From an uncultured delta proteobacterium (GTDB lineage Bacteria > Myxococcota_A > UBA9160 > SMWR01), in assembly GCA_963832165.1 (NCBI GenBank), contig CAWHTE010000007.1, forward strand, positions 64,001 to 128,000: a stretch of DNA of 64,000 bases, given 5' to 3'. The position numbers were made by a program, and so were the translations under genes. Within the stretch, counting starts at the first letter, position 1, and each line of letters starts with the position of its first letter. The notes beneath the pieces are model-generated. The model saw only the letters and a program-made list of their open reading frames with translations. It was not told the origin of the DNA and did not search any database. This document shows, one piece after another, positions 57,512 to 64,000 of this stretch.

Positions 57512-58174
57512 TTACTTCCGCTCCTCGAGGCCGTTCTTCTGGAGGCGCCACAGCAGCACGTCGAGGCGGTCCTGTCCGAAGAACGGCTCGCCGCGGAATG
57601 CGCAGGTCGGCACGCCCCAGTGTCCGGCCGCCTCGTGGTCGTTCTGGCTCTGCTCGATCACGGCCTCGATCCGGTCGCGCTCCTTGTGCGCGAGCTCGTC
57701 GAGCTCGGCGAGGTCGAGACCCGCGCGCCGCGCAGCCGCCGCGAGGTGATCGCCCGCATCCCAGTTCGGCGTGCCGCCCCAGATCACGCGGCCGACCTCG
57801 TCGGCGAACTCGATGCCGTGGCCGCGCTCCTCGGCCAGCACACCGAGCCGCGTCAGCCGATGGATGTAGGGCTGCTCGCTGCCGGTCACGAAACGGCCGT
57901 CGCGCACCTCCTGCACGACGGGATCCGGCTTCGGCGGCGCCATCGGCAGCCCGAGGTACTCGGCCACGCGGAACAGGTCGCGCATGAAGTAGCTGGGCCA
58001 GAGCTTGTGCACGCGGTCGAAGAACTCGGGCGTGCGGATCGCGAGCGGATACACGGGACGGAAGCGCACGCGCAGCGCATAGCGCTGCTGCCACTCGCGC
58101 AGCCGCGGCGTCGCGAGGTACGACCATGGACTCCGAAACGACCAGAAGACGTCGATCTCGAGCGGGTCCGCCAC
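57512..58174 (-). CDS. DsbA/HCCA isomerase family protein
   Basis: FWSFRSPWSYL, GHWGVPT, FFGQDR. Confidence 0.88.
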   Translation of the reverse strand: MADPLEIDVFWSFRSPWSYLATPRLREWQQRYALRVRFRPVYPLAIRTPEFFDRVHKLWPSYFMRDLFRVAEYLGLPMAPPKPDPVVQEVRDGRFVTGSEQPYIHRLTRLGVLAEERGHGIEFADEVGRVIWGGTPNWDAGDHLAAAARRAGLDLAELDELAHKERDRIEAVIEQSQNDHEAAGHWGVPTCAFRGEPFFGQDRLDVLLWRLQKNGLEERK

Positions 58175-58180
58175 GGCGGC

Positions 58181-59224
58181 TTACAGGAGCTCTTCGGCGA
58201 GCAGCTCGAGCGCTTCCGGCTGACCGGAGCCGACCTGGATCGTGTCGATCCAACGCTTCTTGCCCGCCTCCTTCCAGACCTGCAGGCGATCGCGGATCTG
58301 CTCCTTCGAGCCCACCAGGTGCACGGCGTCGACGAGCTCGTCGGGTACCGCCGCGGCGGCTTCGAACTTCTTTCCATCGAGGAAGAGGTTCTGGATCTTC
58401 ACCGCGGCTTCCTCGTAGCCCAACCGCTTCGCGAGATCGTTGTAGAAGTTCTTGTCGCGCGCGCCCATGCCGCCGATGTAGAGCGCGAGCATGCCCTTCA
58501 CGGGCATGCGCGCCTTCTCGACGTCGTCGCTGATGATCACGCTGACCATCGCGACGACGTTGAAGTTCGCGAGGCTCTTCCCTCCGCCCGCCTTCGCGAA
58601 ACCCTCCTGCAGATAGGGCAGGTACACGGAGTCGAAATTCTCCGGGTCCACCATCATCGGAAATACGCCGTCGGCGACTTCGCCCGCGCAGCGCATGCCG
58701 GCGGGGCTGATCGACGCGGTGTAGATCGGCAGGTTCGGATTGCCGTGCAGGATGCTCTTGAGCGGCTTGCCGTGACCGGTCGTGCCCGGGCCCGTCACCG
58801 GGATGTCGTAGTGCTCGCCGTGGAACTCGACCGGCTTTTCGCGCGCGAGGATCTGGCGCACGATCGCGATGTACTCGCGCGTGCGCGTGAGCGGCTTGCC
58901 ATACGGCACGCCGTGCCAGCCCTCGATGACCTGCGGGCCCGAGGGCCCGAGGCCCAGGATGAAGCGTCCGCCCGAGAGGTGATCGAGCGTCATCGCCGTC
59001 ATGGCCGTCATCGCGGGCGTGCGCGCGGGCATCTGCATGATCGCGGTGCCGCAGCGCAGCTTGGTCGTGTTCGCGAGCACCCACGTCGCCGTCGTGACGG
59101 CGTCGTTGCCGTACGCCTCGGCGGTCCAGGCCGAGTCGAATCCGAGCGACTCGGCGCGCTTCACGAAGTCCAGATTGATGCTCGCCTTGGCCCCGAACGG
59201 CGCCACACCGATTCCGAGTTTCAT
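58181..59224 (-). CDS. LLM class (probably F420-dependent) oxidoreductase, Rv3520c-like family
   Basis: WTAEAYGNDA, MPARTPAMTAMTAMTLDHLSGGRFILGLGPSGPQVIEGWHG, LYIGGMGARDKNFYN. Confidence 0.9.
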   Translation of the reverse strand: MKLGIGVAPFGAKASINLDFVKRAESLGFDSAWTAEAYGNDAVTTATWVLANTTKLRCGTAIMQMPARTPAMTAMTAMTLDHLSGGRFILGLGPSGPQVIEGWHGVPYGKPLTRTREYIAIVRQILAREKPVEFHGEHYDIPVTGPGTTGHGKPLKSILHGNPNLPIYTASISPAGMRCAGEVADGVFPMMVDPENFDSVYLPYLQEGFAKAGGGKSLANFNVVAMVSVIISDDVEKARMPVKGMLALYIGGMGARDKNFYNDLAKRLGYEEAAVKIQNLFLDGKKFEAAAAVPDELVDAVHLVGSKEQIRDRLQVWKEAGKKRWIDTIQVGSGQPEALELLAEELL

Positions 59225-59267
59225 CTCTCCCTCCTATCCACCTTTAGGGGCTTGCATCATCGCACAT

Positions 59268-60338
59268 TCACGGCTGGGACACGTCGATCGCCTGCGACCC
59301 GCTCGGCAGCGAGATCCGGGTGCCGTCGCGGCCCAGTGTAATGCCACCCGAGAACGCGCCGGAGACCCCGTCGAGGAATGCGCTCTCGAGCCCGGGCACG
59401 GGCAGCGGCGGAACGACGTGGTAGAAGAGCAGATGGCGCGCACCCGCGGCCTGCGCGAGCTCACCGGCCTCGACCGGTGTGGTGTGATAGTCGGGGATGT
59501 CCGTGGTGATCTTCGCGAGCCCGGCATTTCCCGCGCTCTCCGCGGCGTCGTGCAGGATCGCCACGAGCTGCGGCGACAGCGCCTCGTGCACGATCAGGTC
59601 CACGCCGCGCGCCTGGGTCAGCAGGCTCTCGGACTTGCGCGTGTCGCCGCTGACCACGAGCGAGCGGCCGCCGTAGTCGAAGCGGTAGCCGACCGCGGGG
59701 ACGACCGGCTCGTGCTCGACGCGAAACACGCTCACGCGGATGCCGTCGCGCTCCCAGAGTACGCGCGCCGCGCCGAGCGCGGGCGCATCGAACGGACGCG
59801 CATCGAAACCCGCGCCTTCGGGCGGAACCACGGCGGCCCCGTGGTGCGCGACGCGGTAGCGCGCGTCGTGCTGATAGGCGCGATCGAAGCCCTCGGCGAC
59901 GTCCAGCAGACCCTCCGGACCGTAGAGCGGGAGCGGGTCGCGATGGCTGCCTCCCACCCAGCGCAGCAGTCCCAGCTCGCCGAGCCCGTCGATGTGATCG
60001 CTGTGATAGTGGGTCAGGAATACGGCCGCGGCGCGGGCGGGCGCCCAGCCGATCGGCCCTTGCAGGTTGCGCGCTCCGTTCGTGCCCGCGTCCACCACGA
60101 ACAGCGTGCGCCCCGCGACGACCGCGACGCACGGTCCCGACCGGTTCGAGCTCGGCATCGGGCCGCCTGCGCCGCACAGCGCCACGTGCAATCCGTCGGG
60201 CAGGTCGGCGATCGGATCGGCCGCGAGCGCGCGTTCGGCGCCCGTGCGCATCACGCGCTTGGCGATCGGCCCGCACGCGGCGATCCCGATCGAGCCGACG
60301 GCGGCGACGGCGATTACCGCAGCGAGCGTTCTGCGCAT
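59268..60338 (-). CDS. MBL-fold hydrolase, RNase Z/AtsA arylsulfatase-like, N-terminal membrane anchor
   Basis: LCGAGGPMP, VDAG, THYHSDHIDG, VSGDT, VHEAL, DYHT, YHVVP. Confidence 0.85.
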   Translation of the reverse strand: MRRTLAAVIAVAAVGSIGIAACGPIAKRVMRTGAERALAADPIADLPDGLHVALCGAGGPMPSSNRSGPCVAVVAGRTLFVVDAGTNGARNLQGPIGWAPARAAAVFLTHYHSDHIDGLGELGLLRWVGGSHRDPLPLYGPEGLLDVAEGFDRAYQHDARYRVAHHGAAVVPPEGAGFDARPFDAPALGAARVLWERDGIRVSVFRVEHEPVVPAVGYRFDYGGRSLVVSGDTRKSESLLTQARGVDLIVHEALSPQLVAILHDAAESAGNAGLAKITTDIPDYHTTPVEAGELAQAAGARHLLFYHVVPPLPVPGLESAFLDGVSGAFSGGITLGRDGTRISLPSGSQAIDVSQP

Positions 60339-60405
60339 GTGCTCCTCCGGATACCTGTTGAGCGCCACACTATACTGCTGCGAGCATTCCCGGAGGTGCG
60401 AAGAG

Positions 60406-61713
60406 ATGTCCGAGCCGCGCGTGGTGCTCACGAATGCGAACCTGATCGATGGCAGTGGACCGCCGCAGTCGCGCGCGACCGTGGTGATCGAGGGCAATCG
60501 GATCGCGCACGCGGGCGGCAATGCGCAGGCGCGCCCGGGCGACCGCACGATCGACCTCGCGGGCAAGACCGTCATGCCGGGTCTCGTCCAGGGACACTTC
60601 CACTCGGGCTTCGGTCCGTCGCCGACGATGGGCGCTGCGCCGATTCTCGGGCTCGAGGCGCCCGCGCCCTACATGGGCATGATCGCGGCGCGCAACGCGC
60701 AGATCGCGCTGCAGTGTGGCGTCACGGGCGTGATCGGATCGAGCAACGGCGACAACCTCGATGTGTGTCTGCGCGAGGCGATGATCCTCGGGATCGTCGA
60801 GGGTCCGCGCATCGCCGCGTGCGGCCACGAGTTCATGGCGTCGGGCGACATGGCCGACGGCACCAACCGCTCGTATTTCATGGGCATCCAGCACCCGGGC
60901 CTCACGCGGCGGCTCGATGGCGCGGAGGAGTTCCGCCAGGCGACGCGCGAGGAGATCGGGCGCGGCTGCGACGTGATCAAGATCTCCGTGGCGCCCGGCC
61001 ACGGATCGTCTCCGGTGCGCGACGTCTGCTACCTCACGCGCGCCGAGATCGACGCGGTAGTCGGCGTCGCGCACGATCACGGCAAGCTCGTGCGCGCGCA
61101 CTGCCCGTCGCGCATCGCGATCCTCGAGTGTGCGCGCGCAGGCGTCGACATCATCGACCACGCCGACCGCATCGACGCCGAGGGGATCGACGCGGTGCTC
61201 GAGGCCGGCGCAAGGGTCACGCCGAGCCTGCTCTGGAGCACACGCTTCCTGCAGTTCGCCGAGAGCTGGAACTACGCGATGGGCCCATTCCCGATCGGCG
61301 AGGGCTTCGCCGAAACACACGAGCAGGTGCTCGCGCGGCTGCGCGGCGTGCGCGAAGACTTCGAGTACACGTGCAGGATCCTGCCCGACCTCGTGACTGC
61401 GGGCGTGTCGCTCGTGTGCGGCGACGACTTCGGCTTCGCGATGATGCCGCACGGCGACTACGTGTCGGAGTTCGAGGTGTACACCAAGCAGCTCGGCATC
61501 CCCGCGCTCGAGGTGCTGCGTTGGGCATCGACGAACGGCGCGCGGCTGATGGCCGGACCGCTCGGCTTCGATCCGGGCCACGGCACGATCGCCGCGGGCC
61601 AGCTCGCCGACCTGATCGTCGTCGACGGCAATCCCGCGAACGACATCTCGTGTCTGCGCGACCGGATCGTGGCGATCGTGCGCGACGGGAAGTTCGTGCG
61701 CGAGGCCTTGTAG
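60406..61713 (+). CDS. Metal-dependent amidohydrolase (Xaa-Pro dipeptidase-like)
   Basis: MPGLVQGHFH, VIKI, RAHC, IDH, CGDD, ADLIVVDGNP. Confidence 0.88.
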   Translation: MSEPRVVLTNANLIDGSGPPQSRATVVIEGNRIAHAGGNAQARPGDRTIDLAGKTVMPGLVQGHFHSGFGPSPTMGAAPILGLEAPAPYMGMIAARNAQIALQCGVTGVIGSSNGDNLDVCLREAMILGIVEGPRIAACGHEFMASGDMADGTNRSYFMGIQHPGLTRRLDGAEEFRQATREEIGRGCDVIKISVAPGHGSSPVRDVCYLTRAEIDAVVGVAHDHGKLVRAHCPSRIAILECARAGVDIIDHADRIDAEGIDAVLEAGARVTPSLLWSTRFLQFAESWNYAMGPFPIGEGFAETHEQVLARLRGVREDFEYTCRILPDLVTAGVSLVCGDDFGFAMMPHGDYVSEFEVYTKQLGIPALEVLRWASTNGARLMAGPLGFDPGHGTIAAGQLADLIVVDGNPANDISCLRDRIVAIVRDGKFVREAL

Positions 61714-61746
61714 GTGCTCCGATTGCTGCTGCTCGCGGTTCCGTTC

Positions 61747-63021
61747 CTAAGCCGCGCGGTGGAGCGAAATCCGCTTCGGGCCCCGGATCAGGAACGAATC
61801 GTGGTGAGCCACGTGGGGCTCGGCGCTCTCGAGCCGGAGTAGCTCGGGCACGAGCGCCTCGAGCGCGATGCGTGCCTCGAGCCGCGCGAGCGACGCGCCC
61901 AGGCAGAAGTGCTTGCCGAAGCCGAAGGCCGCGAACCCCTGCAGGTCGCGATCGAGAACGACGCGATCGGGGTTCTCGAAGCGGCGCTCGTCGCGGTTGG
62001 CCGAGCCGAGGTACGCCGCGACGTGTTGGCCCTTGCGGATCCGGACGCCGCGGATCTCGGTGTCCGCGATGGCGGTGCGGAACACCACCTGGATCGGGGA
62101 CTCGTAGCGCAGCACCTCTTCGACGAGCGCGGGAATCCGGCTCGGATCGGCCGCCACCTCGCGCAGCACGTCGGGGTACTCGAGCAGCGCGTGGGTGAGA
62201 TTGCCGATCAGATTGGTGGTGGTCTCGTTGCCGGCGATCATCAGAAAGATCACGAACTCGACCACTTCGAGATCGGAAAGCGCGATCTTGCTGTCCTGCT
62301 CGGCGAGGATCGCACTGATCAGATCATCGCCCGGGTGCGCGCGGCGGTCGCGCGCGAGCTCCCGCATCGCCACCATGCACTCGAGCAGCGGCGTGGTGTT
62401 GCGCGGTGCGAAGAGGTGCTCGCGCTCGGGTCCGGAGATCATCGCAATCACGCGGTCCGACCAGCGCTTGAAGTCGGCGTGCCGCTCGCGGGAAACGCCC
62501 AGCATCTCGGCGATGATGGTCGCGGGCAGCGGAACCGCGAGGTCGGCGATCGCGTCGAACGGCGCGCCGCGCAGCAACGGCGCCACGCACTGCTCGACGA
62601 TCTCGCGCACGCGCGGCTCCCAGTCCGCGATCTGGCGCGGCGTGAAGCCGCGGTTGATGATCGCGCGCATCGAGGTGTGGCGTTCGCCATCCTCGGCGAT
62701 CAGGATGCGCGCACGCGCGAACGCCAACGGGTTTGCGCGCAGCTTCCAGAGCAGCTTCCAGAGGAACGGGATCATCGCCCAGGTGATCTGGAAGCTCTCG
62801 CTGCCGCCACCGAACGTCATCGTGAACATCGCACGCGACGAGAAGTTTTCGGGCGACTTGAGCACGTGCACCACGTCGTCGAAGCGCGTCACCAGGAAGA
62901 AACGGCGCTCAGGGCTGTAGTAGACAGGAGCCTCGTCGCGCAGCCGCCGGTACATCGGGTACGGATCGGCATGGCTCGCGAACGGATCGAACTCGAACGA
63001 CATGGAGCGGGGGGCGGTCAT
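61747..63021 (-). CDS. Cytochrome P450
   Basis: DPYPMYRRLRDEAPV, AGNETT, EVLRYESP, AFGFGKHFCLG. Confidence 0.95.
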   Translation of the reverse strand: MTAPRSMSFEFDPFASHADPYPMYRRLRDEAPVYYSPERRFFLVTRFDDVVHVLKSPENFSSRAMFTMTFGGGSESFQITWAMIPFLWKLLWKLRANPLAFARARILIAEDGERHTSMRAIINRGFTPRQIADWEPRVREIVEQCVAPLLRGAPFDAIADLAVPLPATIIAEMLGVSRERHADFKRWSDRVIAMISGPEREHLFAPRNTTPLLECMVAMRELARDRRAHPGDDLISAILAEQDSKIALSDLEVVEFVIFLMIAGNETTTNLIGNLTHALLEYPDVLREVAADPSRIPALVEEVLRYESPIQVVFRTAIADTEIRGVRIRKGQHVAAYLGSANRDERRFENPDRVVLDRDLQGFAAFGFGKHFCLGASLARLEARIALEALVPELLRLESAEPHVAHHDSFLIRGPKRISLHRAA

Positions 63022-63043
63022 GTCAGGTCCAGCCAGGGGCGGG

Positions 63044-64000
63044 CTAGGCCGCGCGCTTCACCGCGAGCCGCTTCGGGCCGCGCACCAGGAACGAACTGAC
63101 GCGCGCGATCGTGGAGTCCGCGCGTTCGAGCCGCGTGAGCTCGGGCACGAGCGCCTCGAACGCCACGCGCGTCTCGAGCCGCGCGAGCGACGCGCCGAGG
63201 CAGAAGTGCTTGCCGAAGCCGAAGCCCGGGAAGCCCTGCGCGTCGCGGTCGAGGTCGAGCCGGTCGGGATCGGGAAAGCGCCGCTCGTCGCGGTTCGCCG
63301 AGCCCAGGAAGACCGCCACGTACTCGCCCTTCCGGAGCCGCACGCCGCGGATCTCGGTGTCCTCGGTGGTCTTGCGGAATACGACCTGCACGGGCGAGTC
63401 GTAGCGCAGTCCCTCCTCGACGAGATCGGGGATGCGGCTCGGGTCCGCGGCGACTTTGTGCAGCTGTTCCGGGTGCTCGAGCAGCGCGTTCGTGATGTTC
63501 CCGATCAGGTTGGTGGTGGTCTCGTTGCCGGCCACGAGCAATAGCAGCACGAACTGGATCACCTCGCGGTCGTCGAGCGCCGTCCCGCCCTCCTGCTCCG
63601 CGAGGATCGTGCTGATCAGATCGTCGCGCGGGTTCGCTCGCCGCTCCCGCGTGAGCTTCTCCATCGCCAGGAGGAACTCGAGCACGGGCTGCATGCTCCG
63701 CCATATGCGAAGCCGCTCGTCGCGATCGGGCCCCGTCGCATACGAGATCGTGTAGTCGGACCAGCGCTTGAAGTCGCGGTGCTGATCGGCGGGCAGGCCG
63801 AGCAGCTCGGCGATCAGCGTGACGGGGACGCGCGCCGCGAGATCGGCCATCACGTCGAAGGGCTCGCCGCGGCGCAGCGGCGCCATGCACTCTTCGACGA
63901 TCTCGCGCACGCGCGGCTCCAAATCCGCAATCTGACGCGGCGTGAAGCCGCGGTTCACGATCGCGCGCATCGTCGAATGTCGCTCGCCGTCCTCGGCGAT
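63044..64000 (-). CDS. Cytochrome P450 (5' end outside window), paralog of the adjacent P450
   Basis: AGNETT, EGLRYDSP, GFGFGKHFCLGASLARLE. Confidence 0.93.
   Translation of the reverse strand: MAEDGERHSTMRAIVNRGFTPRQIADLEPRVREIVEECMAPLRRGEPFDVMADLAARVPVTLIAELLGLPADQHRDFKRWSDYTISYATGPDRDERLRIWRSMQPVLEFLLAMEKLTRERRANPRDDLISTILAEQEGGTALDDREVIQFVLLLLVAGNETTTNLIGNITNALLEHPEQLHKVAADPSRIPDLVEEGLRYDSPVQVVFRKTTEDTEIRGVRLRKGEYVAVFLGSANRDERRFPDPDRLDLDRDAQGFPGFGFGKHFCLGASLARLETRVAFEALVPELTRLERADSTIARVSSFLVRGPKRLAVKRAA

Noticed and set aside
59268..60338. Calling this gene rnz (tRNase Z)
   Set aside because: The N-terminal membrane/signal segment and context fit the AtsA-like sulfatase/hydrolase branch better, so no gene symbol is assigned.

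Overview
A high-GC bacterial chromosomal window. A PEP-CTERM-like sorting signal implies a diderm cell, yet many genes look actinobacterial. That mix fits a Myxococcota/Binatia-like organism, but this is inference only. No rRNA, tRNA, CRISPR array or transposase was seen. The left half (1-32.5 kb) carries a UGSC-family selenoprotein (in-frame TGA in D-U-G-S-C-T) with its thioredoxin-fold partner, a YchF-like ATPase, an SbcD/SbcC-like nuclease-ATPase pair, and a triad of FG-GAP/PEP-CTERM-like protein, TPR O-GlcNAc-transferase-like protein and TIGR03032 protein. It also has a zinc-free ribosomal protein cluster (rpsN-rpmE2-rpmB), valS and assorted enzymes. The right half (32.6-64 kb) is a lipid/steroid metabolism region: two WS/DGATs, acyl-CoA ligases, TetR, SDRs, ALDH, amidohydrolases, an F420-type LLM and three P450s. 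The most striking element is a compact operon of CYP51-like P450, ferredoxin, plant-type cycloeucalenol cycloisomerase (CPI1) homolog and extended SDR. It lies near homologs of the mycobacterial cyp51-locus genes and near two copies of a 26-bp candidate operator. About ten small indels, nearly all single-base insertions and three of them in valS, are most likely sequencing/consensus errors. All family assignments are from motif recognition and recalled sequences, not database searches.
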